Of a stretch of 64,000 nt of DNA, positions 46,749-57,363 are shown in pieces; position 1 is the stretch's first letter; each line of letters starts with the position of its first letter. This DNA is from an uncultured Flavipsychrobacter sp. GTDB lineage: Bacteria > Bacteroidota > Bacteroidia > Chitinophagales > Chitinophagaceae. Both the position numbers and the translations under genes were made by a program. A model generated the notes under the pieces. It had not been told where the DNA came from and did not search any database. It saw only the letters and a list, made by a program, of their open reading frames with translations. The stretch spans positions 17,051-81,050 of the forward strand of contig CAZBPS010000010.1 of the NCBI GenBank assembly GCA_964493865.1. The letters run 5' to 3'.

Positions 46749-47135
46749 TTAATTCAATTTGGCGGGCGCCACAAGCTGGAATTCAGGAATGGCAACGCTT
46801 ATTTTTCTTTTGTGAAAAAGATTTTCCATCAGGTATGAGCCATACATTTTGCCAATATCGCTGCTGAGGTTACATGCCGATGTGTATTGGTAGCTATCGC
46901 CAGGCGAAACAATAGGCTGCTGGCCTACCACTCCATCTCCTTCCACCTCGCGATGCGTGCCATTGCTATCAAGTATATGCCAATGACGGCTGAGCAGTTT
47001 TACGGGATGTGAAGAGAGGTTCTCAATGGTGATACGGTAGGCAAAAAGGTATTCCGATTTCAGTGGGTTAGAATGAGCAGGCTGGTAGAAAGTCTCTACC
47101 ATTATGCTTACTCCTTCTGTTATTTGTTGTACCAT
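46749..47135 (-). CDS. apaG: ApaG protein
   Basis: FAYRITIEN, LLSRHWHI, VEGDGVVGQQP, YQYTSAC. Confidence 0.95.
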   Translation of the reverse strand: MVQQITEGVSIMVETFYQPAHSNPLKSEYLFAYRITIENLSSHPVKLLSRHWHILDSNGTHREVEGDGVVGQQPIVSPGDSYQYTSACNLSSDIGKMYGSYLMENLFHKRKISVAIPEFQLVAPAKLN

Positions 47136-47172
47136 AAAGCGGATTAATTCATCAAAGATATGGAAAAAGTTA

Positions 47173-47628
47173 TTACTTATCTCTATTCATACATTCGTTT
47201 ATGGCATCCATCACCAGGTCCCGCTCATAACCCTTCTGTATCAGATAACGATATAATTTCGCTTTTTTCATTGGCAAACTACGAATACTTCCGACCTCTT
47301 TATATTTGTTATTTGCTAATTTGTTTAATGTATTGCTGTATTCTTCCTCATTTATTTCAGAAAATGCCTTTTTTATGCAATAATCTGATACTTTTTTCAG
47401 TTTCAGGTGCTGTTTTATCTTTTCCCTGCCCCAATGCAGCATCCTGAACTTGCCCCGGGCAAACGAGCGAGCGAACCGCTCTTCGTTTAAAACCCCGTTC
47501 TGTATCAGTTCGGTCAGTTGCAGTTCCACGGTATCAGTGGTGAAACCCAGCTCGTATAGTTTGTTGCGCACCTCCATATGGCAGCGCTCCTGGTATTTAC
47601 AATAATGAAGAATGGCCGGCTCAATCAT
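47173..47628 (-). CDS. recX: RecX regulatory protein
   Basis: YCKYQERC, LNEERFARSF, WGREKI, YLIQKGY. Confidence 0.9.
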   Translation of the reverse strand: MIEPAILHYCKYQERCHMEVRNKLYELGFTTDTVELQLTELIQNGVLNEERFARSFARGKFRMLHWGREKIKQHLKLKKVSDYCIKKAFSEINEEEYSNTLNKLANNKYKEVGSIRSLPMKKAKLYRYLIQKGYERDLVMDAINECMNRDK

Positions 47629-47629
47629 A

Positions 47630-49498
47630 TCACCTTCCCATAAACACCATTAGTATCTGCACATCGCTGGGGTTCACCCCGCTTATACGGCTCGCCTGGC
47701 CAAGCGTACGGGGTTTTATCTTGCTCAGCTTCTGTCGCGCCTCAGTGGAAATTGCGGACAGTTTATCGTAATTGAAGTTCTCCGGGATTGCTAAGCCCTC
47801 TAATGCGCTCATTTTTTGCACCAATTCCTGCTCCTTTTCTATATACACGTCATATTTCACCTGTATCTCCACCTGTTCCAGTATCAGCGGATCATCAGTT
47901 CCCACCGCTTCTTTTAATCCGGGCATCTCGGCTATCATCTCTTTTAGCCTAATTCCCGGCCTTAATAATAGCTTACCGGCCCTTATCTTCTCGGTAAGTG
48001 GGGCAAAGTTGTTATCGGCCAAGAGTTTATCGGCCATTTCCTTGTCTACAGGAAAATCAGCTAAAACCTTCTTGATTTGGGCAACTTTTTCCTTCTTTTC
48101 TGTCATTAACCGCATCCTTTCATCAGAAGCTAGGCCTATACTATGCCCAAGCCCTGTGAGGCGGAGATCTGCATTGTCTTGCCGAAGCAGTGTGCGGTAT
48201 TCTGCCCTGCTGGTAAACATGCGGTAAGGTTCGTCGGTACCTTTATTTATCAGATCATCAATCAGCACCCCTATGTAGGCGTCACTGCGTTCTAATACTA
48301 CAGGTGCCTGCTCATGTGCATTCCTGCTGGCATTAATTCCCGCCATCAGGCCCTGGCAGGCAGCCTCTTCATAGCCTGTTGTGCCATTTATCTGCCCGGC
48401 AAAGAAGAGATTCCTTATTAATTTGGTCTCCAAGGTGAATTTAAGCTGCGTCGGGGGAAAATAATCGTATTCTATTGCATATCCCGGCCTGAAAAACTTA
48501 CAATTTTCAAAGCCCGGCACCATTTTCAGGGCTTTATACTGCACATCCTCGGGCAAAGAGGTGCTGAAACCGTTCACATATATCTCTACAGTGCTCCATC
48601 CTTCCGGTTCTACAAACAGCTGATGGCGGTCTCTTTCGGCAAAACGGTTTATTTTATCCTCAATACTTGGGCAATATCGTGGCCCGCTACCCTTTATTCT
48701 CCCCTGATACATGGGAGATTGCTCAAAACCTGTGCGGAGTATTTCATGAACCTCGGGGCTGGTATAGGTAATCCAGCAGCAGCGCTGTTCCTGGGGTGTT
48801 ATCTTCTTTACCGGCAAATATGAGAACCCAACCACCTCATCGTCCCCGTTCTGTATCTCCATTTTGGTATAGTCAAGGCTCCTTCCATCTATTCTTGGGG
48901 GTGTACCTGTCTTTAGGCGTGCGCTTTCAAAACCCATTTCCACCAGTTGCTCTGTGATGCCTGTTGCGCCCTTTTCCCCTATCCTGCCGCCTCCAAATTG
49001 CTTCTCTCCTATATGAATTACCCCGTTTAAGAAGGTTCCGTTGGTTAAAACCACGCTTTTTGCCCTGATTTCCTGCCCCATGCCCGTAATTACCCCCTGC
49101 ACTGTTCCACGTGAAACAATGAGACCCTTCACCATATCTTGCCAGAAATCTATGTTTGGAGTATTTTCCAGCATCTCCCGCCATGTGGCTGCAAAGAGCA
49201 TCCTGTCGTTCTGGGAGCGAGGACTCCACATACCCGGTCCTTTAGACCTGTTCAGCATACGGAACTGGATAGTACTCTTGTCGCTCACGATACCACTGTA
49301 ACCACCAAGAGCATCAATTTCTCTCACAATCTGTCCTTTAGCAATGCCCCCCATAGCCGGGTTACAGCTCATTTGGGCTATGGTCTGCATATTCATGGTA
49401 ACCAATAAGACCTTTGAACCCATATTTGCAGCAGCAGTAGCAGCCTCACAGCCTGCATGACCGGCACCAACAACTATAACATCATACTCAGGAAACAT
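47630..49498 (-). CDS. mnmG: tRNA uridine-5-carboxymethylaminomethyl modification enzyme MnmG (GidA)
   Basis: VVGAGHAGCEAA, SCNPAMGG, LKTGTPPR, RYCPSIEDK, AGQINGTTGYEEAA; start taken at MFPEY. Confidence 0.98.
   Translation of the reverse strand: MFPEYDVIVVGAGHAGCEAATAAANMGSKVLLVTMNMQTIAQMSCNPAMGGIAKGQIVREIDALGGYSGIVSDKSTIQFRMLNRSKGPGMWSPRSQNDRMLFAATWREMLENTPNIDFWQDMVKGLIVSRGTVQGVITGMGQEIRAKSVVLTNGTFLNGVIHIGEKQFGGGRIGEKGATGITEQLVEMGFESARLKTGTPPRIDGRSLDYTKMEIQNGDDEVVGFSYLPVKKITPQEQRCCWITYTSPEVHEILRTGFEQSPMYQGRIKGSGPRYCPSIEDKINRFAERDRHQLFVEPEGWSTVEIYVNGFSTSLPEDVQYKALKMVPGFENCKFFRPGYAIEYDYFPPTQLKFTLETKLIRNLFFAGQINGTTGYEEAACQGLMAGINASRNAHEQAPVVLERSDAYIGVLIDDLINKGTDEPYRMFTSRAEYRTLLRQDNADLRLTGLGHSIGLASDERMRLMTEKKEKVAQIKKVLADFPVDKEMADKLLADNNFAPLTEKIRAGKLLLRPGIRLKEMIAEMPGLKEAVGTDDPLILEQVEIQVKYDVYIEKEQELVQKMSALEGLAIPENFNYDKLSAISTEARQKLSKIKPRTLGQASRISGVNPSDVQILMVFMGR
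49103..49118. promoter_or_regulatory. parS site inside mnmG
   Basis: TGTTCCACGTGAAACA matches the bacterial parS consensus; encodes VSRGT. Confidence 0.85.
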
Positions 49499-49577
49499 AT
49501 CGTGCAAAGGTACGAATGCAGGATAAATTTCCCTACAATATATTCAAATATACCTATTAGGGCTATCGTAAAAAGCT

Positions 49578-49593
49578 TGTTCCACGTGGAACA
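49578..49593. promoter_or_regulatory. parS site upstream of mnmG
   Basis: Perfect palindrome TGTTCCACGTGGAACA. Confidence 0.9.
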
Positions 49594-49623
49594 TAATAAT
49601 AGCAACAACTTTTACAATATTTT

Positions 49624-50277
49624 ATGATATTGTGCGTTATATTTATCGTGGTGAAACGTTTGCATAGATTAGGCTTAATATTGGTAGGGGCAGCAATAGC
49701 CTTTACACCTACGCTCTATGTATATGGGCAAACACAGACTAAACTCTCAAACAAAGCATCTATTGGCTTTAGAACAGGCACATCTGCATGGATCAATCCG
49801 GCTGAAAGAAACAATACCCCCGGCTATTCGGTAAAGAACAGCCTGGCAATAACAAAACCATTAAGCACACATTTCAGGGCTGAGGCATTGATTAACTTAA
49901 ACATCTTTCAGAACCAATGCTGCATAGACAAAATTCTCAAGGGTAACCCTAAAGAATACCTTACACCAGCAAAGATGACATTACCTGTTACAATTCAATA
50001 CTTCCCGCTGCGCCCTAAGAGCAAAGTGCAGCCTTATATCGGGGCTGGCTTTCAGTACAATCCCAGTGGATCATCAATAATAGCTAACTCAAATAATAAT
50101 GACATTCCCGTAAAGAATGGAAATCTTTCAGGTACAAAATACATAAGCATCATTTTTACACAGGGCGTAACTTACAAAGTAAGTACTGACATACAGGTCA
50201 TCCAGTCGTTTCACTTCATTCCCGGCAGTGATAGACAAATCGGTATTGACCTGAGTATAGGCTATACAATACCATAG
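49624..50277 (+). CDS. Hypothetical exported, probably beta-barrel, protein
   Basis: Signal-like N-terminus; alternating beta pattern (PYIGAGFQY, GIDLSIGY). True start uncertain. Confidence 0.6.
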   Translation: MILCVIFIVVKRLHRLGLILVGAAIAFTPTLYVYGQTQTKLSNKASIGFRTGTSAWINPAERNNTPGYSVKNSLAITKPLSTHFRAEALINLNIFQNQCCIDKILKGNPKEYLTPAKMTLPVTIQYFPLRPKSKVQPYIGAGFQYNPSGSSIIANSNNNDIPVKNGNLSGTKYISIIFTQGVTYKVSTDIQVIQSFHFIPGSDRQIGIDLSIGYTIP

Positions 50278-50281
50278 CTTC

Positions 50282-50297
50282 ATTTTCATGTGGAACA
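50282..50297. promoter_or_regulatory. Degenerate parS-like site
   Basis: ATTTTCATGTGGAACA; the right half is perfect. Confidence 0.55.
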
Positions 50298-50440
50298 TTA
50301 TAGTCCAGCACGACCACTCGAAAAAGTTAGCTGTGTAAACTATTAGCCTCTATACCGTAGCTTCTCCCAAACAACCACAGAATTCTACTAAACATTCACA
50401 AAAAGGTTTTGGAATAACAGCACCCCTAAAAGCACATCAT

Positions 50441-50470
50441 AAAAAAAGGCCGCCAAAAATGGCGGCCTTT
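50441..50470 (-). terminator. Intrinsic terminator after the PA-domain T9SS gene
   Basis: Stem AAAGGCCGCCA/TGGCGGCCTTT with an A7 run on the + strand (U-tract on the minus strand). Confidence 0.8.
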
Positions 50471-50488
50471 ACATATTATGAAAAATAA

Positions 50489-52552
50489 TTATTTTGCAAT
50501 CGTGAATTGTTTGGCAATCATTGCACCATCTGCTGATACTATAAGGTAGTAGAAACCTGCTTTGAATGAAGATGTGTTTATCCTGTGTGTTTCCTTTGTC
50601 ACATCATTTACTGTTTCCTGACCAACATAACGACCTAAGCCATCGAGAATCCTGTACGTAACCTTTTTTACCGGCTTGTCGAACTCAACAGCAACATCAA
50701 GGTGATCTGAAGCAGGGTTGGGGTATACAGTAACATTCGCCTTGGGCTTGCCAACTTCGTGTACACCTATACCAGGGCCAGGGCCAGGACCAGGGCTAAC
50801 GGTAGTAGTGCGTGTAATAAGCGCAACTGAAGGAACCATTCCTTTGATGTTCGGGAAACTGAAAGAATCTACGTTATTAACAAAAGAAGTCTGAGTTCCG
50901 GGTATTGGTGCAAAGTTCCCTGCTGCTGAAGTAGCCGTGTCGTCAGAAGAACCTAATACAAGACTTTGATACTCCATATTGCGTGGGTTAATCTTACCGC
51001 GTCCGTAAACACGTACTAAAGGATTTGTTACACCATCACAACCCAAAAACTGAGTTTGTGACGAAGAACTTCCTACACCGATAGCTACATAATACCAAGA
51101 ATTCGCCTCTAAAGCAAAATTAAGTAAGTCAGTACCATCCGGGTTAGTTACAGTACTAATTGCGAAATCAGCGCCTGAAGTGTCTCCGCCTGATCCTGAA
51201 TATGTGTACTGACCCATTGCCTTCAACATAAGCTCGCCTCCTTGAAGAATACTATCTACCGGCTGTCCGTTTGCACCATCTTCCCATTTGAATACCAATA
51301 ATTCGCTCTTATCAGACAACAAGGTGCCAGTACCTGTACCATTTGCAGATATTGAATACTGAACTTTTGATAAGTAACTTCCACCCGCTGCTACATAATA
51401 AAACGGCCCCCAAACGAATGGCGTACCAGACCCAAATGTGTAACCTATATTCCTTATAGGCTTTTGTGCACCAAAATCATATCTGGCTTTAGAAAAGACA
51501 CTATCTGTAAGGTAGAAAGAGCTTGTTGTGCTATTATCCGCCGAAAAACCTTCAGTAACAAAATCAGAACTAATGGTATAGTTGACGTCAAAGCGGCCGG
51601 GGCCTGTAGCTGTCATGCTATACTCATCTGTGATCATAGCCAAGATAGAATCCCTGGTATCATCGCCTGCCGCACTTACCACACCAACAAATGGACCAGC
51701 GTAGTCGGTTGTATCCCTATGTTGTTCTGTGGCTGTGCCACCTGTAGGTGTAAATGATGTGGCGGAGATAACTCGTACGTTTGTTGCAGATGCAGAACCA
51801 TAGTTTGCAATAAATGCAACGTCTATTCCTTTATATGCATTTGCAGTTGCAGCACCCGCCATAAACTGCGCTGCGGGAGTTGCATAGTTGTGCCAACCTG
51901 CTACGCCACCCGGAATAAAACCAAGGTCATTGGCGTGGCCCTGGCCCCAGGGGGTAATAGATACTTTTACAGTACCTGGTGTACCGGTAGCTGCAGAGCC
52001 ATATTGCCCCGACATTGCAATACCATCAAGATTACCAACCATGAAAACAGGAATAGTTACAGACGCACCTGAAGCACCTGCGCCCATACCCACAGGACCA
52101 GCACCGGCATACTGATTGATGATGATGATAGCTACAGCACCTGCATTCTGCGCCTGCAATGCCTTAGCACCGAATTCGCAGTTACCGCGCCATATAAGTG
52201 CAACCTTACCGGTCATAGATGCAGGCGGAATTGAACAACCTAAACTGTCTGAAGCGCACATAACAACATCTGTATTAACAATTGGTGTTGTAATGGCCCC
52301 ACCCCAGACACCTGTGCCACCACCACCATCGTTAGATGTAGTATAAAGTTTCTCACCGGCTATCAGCGAAGGCGCTGTAACCATAAACCTTGCACCCACA
52401 TAGTTGATGTAATACATGGGGTCGCTTGATGTTGTGCTGCCAGCAATGCCATGCGGCCCGAATGCTAATGGATTAATCTGTGCGGATGCGGAACCCCCAA
52501 TGCCAAAAAGCACGATAATTAATAGAACCTTCACAAAGTTGAAATGCTTCAT
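50489..52552 (-). CDS. T9SS cargo protein with an N-terminal protease-associated (PA) domain
   Basis: GKVALIWRGNCEFGAKALQAQNAGAVAIIIIN...IPVFMV; PGPGPG linker; C-terminal VYPNPA...GFYYL...FTIAK. Confidence 0.88.
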   Translation of the reverse strand: MKHFNFVKVLLIIVLFGIGGSASAQINPLAFGPHGIAGSTTSSDPMYYINYVGARFMVTAPSLIAGEKLYTTSNDGGGGTGVWGGAITTPIVNTDVVMCASDSLGCSIPPASMTGKVALIWRGNCEFGAKALQAQNAGAVAIIIINQYAGAGPVGMGAGASGASVTIPVFMVGNLDGIAMSGQYGSAATGTPGTVKVSITPWGQGHANDLGFIPGGVAGWHNYATPAAQFMAGAATANAYKGIDVAFIANYGSASATNVRVISATSFTPTGGTATEQHRDTTDYAGPFVGVVSAAGDDTRDSILAMITDEYSMTATGPGRFDVNYTISSDFVTEGFSADNSTTSSFYLTDSVFSKARYDFGAQKPIRNIGYTFGSGTPFVWGPFYYVAAGGSYLSKVQYSISANGTGTGTLLSDKSELLVFKWEDGANGQPVDSILQGGELMLKAMGQYTYSGSGGDTSGADFAISTVTNPDGTDLLNFALEANSWYYVAIGVGSSSSQTQFLGCDGVTNPLVRVYGRGKINPRNMEYQSLVLGSSDDTATSAAGNFAPIPGTQTSFVNNVDSFSFPNIKGMVPSVALITRTTTVSPGPGPGPGIGVHEVGKPKANVTVYPNPASDHLDVAVEFDKPVKKVTYRILDGLGRYVGQETVNDVTKETHRINTSSFKAGFYYLIVSADGAMIAKQFTIAK

Positions 52553-52651
52553 AAAAATATAATTTTGATTTTGTAGCTAAGTTATAGATAATCTGCCTAA
52601 TAATAAAAAAAATGTTCCGTCTCGGGGTGAATATTTAATATGTTGGGACGT

Positions 52652-53647
52652 TTACCCTTCCAAACCAAGCTGCCTGCTCATTTGCATCATCCTGTCAATG
52701 GGCTTCTTTGCGGCAACCCTCAGCGCTTCATCCATAACAATTTCCGGTTGTTCATATTTCATACACAGGTATAGTTTCTCCAGGGTATTCAACTTCATAT
52801 GCGGACAATCATTACATGCACAGGCATTATTTGGGGGGGCCGCGATAAATGTTTTTTTAAGTGCGCCCTGCTGCATTTTATGTAATATACCGGCTTCCGT
52901 GGCCACAATAAAAATGTTATCCCTGCTTTGCTGAGTATATTTCAATAATTGTGTAGTAGAACCGATAAAATCTGCCAATTGCAATACGGCTTCCTCACAT
53001 TCGGGATGAGCAATTAATTTAGCCTCGGGATGTCGTGTTTTGAGCTTTACAATTTTCTCTAAAGAAAATATCTCATGTACCATGCAAGCACCATCCCAGA
53101 GCAACATGTTCCTCCCCGTCTTTTTATTTATATAACCGCCCAGATTCTTATCCGGCGCAAATATTATCTTCTGGTCAGCAGGGAGGCTTTCTACAATAAG
53201 TTGCGCATTTGAAGAGGTACAAATTATATCACTCAGAGCCTTGATACCTGCAGAACAATTAATGTACGAAATAACTAAATGATCAGGATGTTTTTCTTTG
53301 AATGCCTTAAAAAGATGTGGCGGACAACTGTCGCTCAGCGAGCATCCCGCACGCAAATCAGGCAGGAGTACCTTTTTATTCGGATTAAGAATTTTAGCTG
53401 TCTCAGCCATAAAATGCACTCCTGCAAAAACAATTACATCGGCACTCGTTTTTTCAGCTTTCTGCGCCAAACCCAGACTATCACCTATATAATCGGCAAC
53501 ATCCTGAATATCAGGCTCCTGATAATAATGCGCTAAGATTGCCGCATTCTTCTCTTTCTTTAACGTATCTATTTCCTGAAAAATATCGAGCGATGGATCT
53601 ATATCCACATCCAGAAAACCAACTTCATTTATTTTACTTAAATTCAT
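52652..53647 (-). CDS. nadA: Quinolinate synthase A
   Basis: [49 protein letters not shown]. Confidence 0.97.
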   Translation of the reverse strand: MNLSKINEVGFLDVDIDPSLDIFQEIDTLKKEKNAAILAHYYQEPDIQDVADYIGDSLGLAQKAEKTSADVIVFAGVHFMAETAKILNPNKKVLLPDLRAGCSLSDSCPPHLFKAFKEKHPDHLVISYINCSAGIKALSDIICTSSNAQLIVESLPADQKIIFAPDKNLGGYINKKTGRNMLLWDGACMVHEIFSLEKIVKLKTRHPEAKLIAHPECEEAVLQLADFIGSTTQLLKYTQQSRDNIFIVATEAGILHKMQQGALKKTFIAAPPNNACACNDCPHMKLNTLEKLYLCMKYEQPEIVMDEALRVAAKKPIDRMMQMSRQLGLEG

Positions 53648-53649
53648 AT

Positions 53650-54470
53650 ATGTGATAAGTTATACAAAGGTACTCAAATAAAACAGCCCGAATTATGAGC
53701 TAAGCCATATTTCACAAACCCTTTTAATCCACCAATCCACATTCCTAATAAATACTTTTAAAATTTTAAAAAATCTTTACCATTACTATTAGGGCGTGGA
53801 ATATGGGGAAAGAAAAAAGTTATCCTTCTTGCAAAATTAAAAACAGCATTTTATCAACACCCCAACTAAAGTATATAACACAAGAAATTGCGGAAAATAC
53901 TGCAAACTCACACAAATTATGTGGATTGTGGAAAAGCAAACGTGTGAAAAAGTAACCGAGCCTTAATATCGTAGATGGGTGTGAACAAAGGGTAAAGGAA
54001 AAAGGAAAACAACGCTATTCACACGACAGTTAATTAGTTATGAGATAAAAAAGAAAGATTTACAGGAGAAAAACCAAGTTATCAACACCTAAAAACCTAA
54101 AGCGAAGTACAGAACCACCATATGTGAAAACAAAGGAAATAAAATATTAATATTATCGGTTGGCTACCCACATATTATTAAGGTACCAACATGGATTTTG
54201 GGTTTTGTACATATTATGATACTATATAAACAGAATATCTACATAAAATCTATGTTTTACACACAGAATGCACAACAACTGTTAATAGCAGTATATAAAT
54301 GGAATTGGCAGTAAAAAGCAATAAATAAATATTTATATCACCGAAAACTAAAAATAAAACAATACGAAGTTTTATATTTAAAAATAAACCGTCAAAACCG
54401 CTAATAACGCTACAAAATCTCATTTTTTCCCATAAATTTGCCGTCCTTAATATTAAACATAACACAAACC
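53650..54470. other. Candidate chromosomal replication origin (oriC)
   Basis: AT-rich gap between divergent genes. Exact TTWTNCACA matches at 53927, 53943 (both reverse) and 54255. One-mismatch boxes at 53660, 53708, 53851, 53889, 53980, 54015, 54079 and 54123. parS sites and mnmG lie within 4-7 kb. Confidence 0.6.
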
Positions 54471-54474
54471 TACA

Positions 54475-56670
54475 ATGTCTGTAATACAAACAATCAGGAA
54501 TAAGTACGGAAAAATTGCCGGTGGACTTATTGCCGTTGCGCTCGTCGGATTTATTATATCAGATGCGAATAACGGGTCTATCGGAAATTTTTTCAGGGGA
54601 ACGGATAATACCGTGATGAAAATAGACGGTGAAAAAATAGAACCCAAAGAATACCAAGTGCGCCTTAAAGAATATGAGACCCTCTATTCTATGTTCAACA
54701 AGAACCGGCCGCTTGATGATGCTACCCGTTCTCAGATGAATGAGCAGGTGGTGCAAATGATGGTGTACGAAACACTTGCAAATGAGCAGTGCGATAAACT
54801 GGGTATAACAGTATCGGCTGACGAAATCAAGGAAATGATTTACGGTGAGAATGCCGACCAACTGATCAGGCAGTTCCAGATAGAGGGGCAGCCACTCTTC
54901 ATGAACCCGCAGACTAACCAGTTTGATCCGGGCATGATAAAACAATTTGAAACAGCAGTATCAACAGACCCGCAGCAGTATGACCCAACGGGCAAGTTGC
55001 GTGATCAGTGGGAAATTGTCAAATCATACGTGACACGTATGGCGCGTGTAAATAAATTCAATGCTATGTTTGCCGGATCTGTTTACGCAACATCAGCAAT
55101 GGTGAAGAAGAATGTAGGAGAGCAGAACAGCATGGCGGGCATCAGGTATGTGAAAGTGCCGTACTCCGCTATATCCGACAACGATGTGAAAGTAACTGAC
55201 GAAGAAATAAAAGCATATATGCAGGCACATGCCGCACAATACAGCACGGAGCAGGAAACGCGGACTATAGAGTATGTGTCGTTTGAAATTATACCTGCGT
55301 CGGCAGATACTTTCCGTCAGGTGAGCGCACTGGAAGAAATAAAGGCAGAATTTGCGGCAGCAAAAGACAATAAAACTTTTGTGAACAGCAAGTCGGACGA
55401 AGTAAACGCTTATTCAGATGCCTATATGAATAAAAGGACGTTTATGTCAAGGTATGCTGATACTATATTTACATTACCTGTTGGCGAGATATACGGGCCA
55501 TACTACGAGAGCGGTGCATACAGGATGACGAAAGTAATAGACCGTAAAACGTTGCCGGACTCCGTGCAGTGTAAACACATACTTGTGCGCACGAAAGAGC
55601 GCGGACAGGAACTGAGGTCTGACTCTGCAGCAAAGCAAAAATTGGATAGCGCTATTGCGCTGATAAACAGCGGTGCGAAATTCGATTCTGTTGTGCGTAT
55701 CTATTCTGAAGATGAAGGAAGTAAGGACAATGGAGGCGAATACTGGTTTACACTACAGCAGCGGCCCACGATATCAAAAGAATTCGGTGATGTTATTTTT
55801 GAAGGAAAGACAGGTGACAGCAAAACAGTAAATGTAAGCAACGACAACTATGCCGGATACCATTATATAGTAGTTATGGATCAGAAAGGTATAGCTTCGT
55901 CTGTACAGTTGGGTACTATTTCAAAAATGCTTACCCCAAGCGACAGCACAGACAAGGCAATATATGGTGCTGCAAATGAGTTTTCGGGTAAGAACACAAC
56001 CACAGAGGCTTTCGAAGCGGCGATAAAGAAACAGAACTTTGACAAGCGCATAGGTGATAACATTAAAATAAACAACTTCAGCATCAACGGCCTTGGCTCG
56101 TCCAGGGAAATTGTGCGCTGGGTGTATAAGAGTAAAGTGGGAGATATCTCAGGTGTTTTCCAACAGGGCGACCAGCGCTATGTGGTTGCTAAGCTGGCCG
56201 CAATAAACGAAAAAGGCCTCCCTCCCATCACAGCAGCAAACCGCACCATGCTTGAGCTGAAAGTGAAAGACGAGAAGAAAGCGGATATGATAGCTAAAAA
56301 ATTCGGCAGTTCAGGTTCGCTTGATGGCATAGCAGCAGCAGCAGGCCAGGCAGTGCAGCAGGCAGATACAGTGACCCTTGGCGGTGGTTATATTCCCGGC
56401 CTGGGCCAGGAGCCTAAAGTAGTGGGTTACGTTTTCAACAAAAATTTCCAGCCTAATACTGTTTCCCCGGCTATAAAGGGAATGGGTGGCGTGTACTTTA
56501 TAACGGTGTTGAACCGCAATGAACCACAAATGGATGCCAACTTCCTGAATATGATCATACCACAGCAGCGCCAGCAAATGGAAGGACAGTTGAAAAACAC
56601 CATTTCACAGATGCTGCAACAATCTGTTACCAGGAAGGCGGATGTGAAATACAACGCAGAAAATTTCTAA
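54475..56670 (+). CDS. PpiD/SurA-like peptidyl-prolyl isomerase chaperone
   Basis: MSVIQTIRNK plus membrane anchor, SurA-N region, parvulin motif CKHILV...SED.GS...GG. Confidence 0.9.
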   Translation: MSVIQTIRNKYGKIAGGLIAVALVGFIISDANNGSIGNFFRGTDNTVMKIDGEKIEPKEYQVRLKEYETLYSMFNKNRPLDDATRSQMNEQVVQMMVYETLANEQCDKLGITVSADEIKEMIYGENADQLIRQFQIEGQPLFMNPQTNQFDPGMIKQFETAVSTDPQQYDPTGKLRDQWEIVKSYVTRMARVNKFNAMFAGSVYATSAMVKKNVGEQNSMAGIRYVKVPYSAISDNDVKVTDEEIKAYMQAHAAQYSTEQETRTIEYVSFEIIPASADTFRQVSALEEIKAEFAAAKDNKTFVNSKSDEVNAYSDAYMNKRTFMSRYADTIFTLPVGEIYGPYYESGAYRMTKVIDRKTLPDSVQCKHILVRTKERGQELRSDSAAKQKLDSAIALINSGAKFDSVVRIYSEDEGSKDNGGEYWFTLQQRPTISKEFGDVIFEGKTGDSKTVNVSNDNYAGYHYIVVMDQKGIASSVQLGTISKMLTPSDSTDKAIYGAANEFSGKNTTTEAFEAAIKKQNFDKRIGDNIKINNFSINGLGSSREIVRWVYKSKVGDISGVFQQGDQRYVVAKLAAINEKGLPPITAANRTMLELKVKDEKKADMIAKKFGSSGSLDGIAAAAGQAVQQADTVTLGGGYIPGLGQEPKVVGYVFNKNFQPNTVSPAIKGMGGVYFITVLNRNEPQMDANFLNMIIPQQRQQMEGQLKNTISQMLQQSVTRKADVKYNAENF

Positions 56671-56703
56671 GTTCCGGGTCAAACGGGGATTATAATAAAT
56701 ACT

Positions 56704-56741
56704 GAGAGGTTGCTTCCATAAAGAAGTGACCTCTTTTATTT
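56704..56741 (+). terminator. Probable intrinsic terminator
   Basis: Stem GAGAGGTTGCTTC/GAAGTGACCTCT followed by a T-rich tract. Confidence 0.55.
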
Positions 56742-56810
56742 TGATCGGAAAATGGGCAAAAAAGTCCCAAATTTGCAGTTGTTAAAAAAGTATTTTGTAA
56801 TTTGTAGGAG

Positions 56811-57329
56811 ATGAGTGAACGTATTTTAACGCTTTTTGGAGAAGAGATAATACCGGAGCAGCAGAAAGCTGCGCCCAGAAGCCGTGCGAAGAAAAAAGAG
56901 GAAGAAAAACGACCCGAGGTACCTGCTTTGCCTGTAGAAAAAGCAATAGAGCAACCGGCTACGGGAATACCCGCTGCCGCAGAAAAAAACTTCGAATTGC
57001 CGGAAGACTGGGAGGGCGACAAAAAATATTATGCGATAGGCGAGGTGGCCACCCTCTTTAAAGTGAAGACATCGCACATACGCTTCTGGACAAATGAATT
57101 CAAATTGAAAGTGCGAACTACCCGTAAGGGCGACCGGCTGTTTACACCTGACCAGGTGCGTGAGCTACGCGCCATACACCATCTGGTGAAGGAAAGGGGC
57201 TTTACACTGAACGGCGCGAAAGCAAAACTGAAAGCGCAGAATAAAAAGGATGTGGAAACGATAGACCTGAAACAATCTTTGCTGCAATTGAGAAATAAGC
57301 TCGTAATCATCAGGAACCAAATAGGGTAA
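56811..57329 (+). CDS. MerR family transcriptional regulator with an N-terminal low-complexity extension
   Basis: KYYAIGEVATLFKVKTSHIRFW, KGDRLFT, LVKERGFTLNGAK. Confidence 0.88.
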   Translation: MSERILTLFGEEIIPEQQKAAPRSRAKKKEEEKRPEVPALPVEKAIEQPATGIPAAAEKNFELPEDWEGDKKYYAIGEVATLFKVKTSHIRFWTNEFKLKVRTTRKGDRLFTPDQVRELRAIHHLVKERGFTLNGAKAKLKAQNKKDVETIDLKQSLLQLRNKLVIIRNQIG

Positions 57330-57363
57330 TGTGGGAGAAATGCGATGGAATGCAGAATAAGCC

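Noticed and set aside
54250-54647. Short minus-strand ORFs at the edge of the oriC candidate
   Set aside because: AT-rich, Ile/Leu/Phe-biased chance frames or antisense to the PpiD-like gene.
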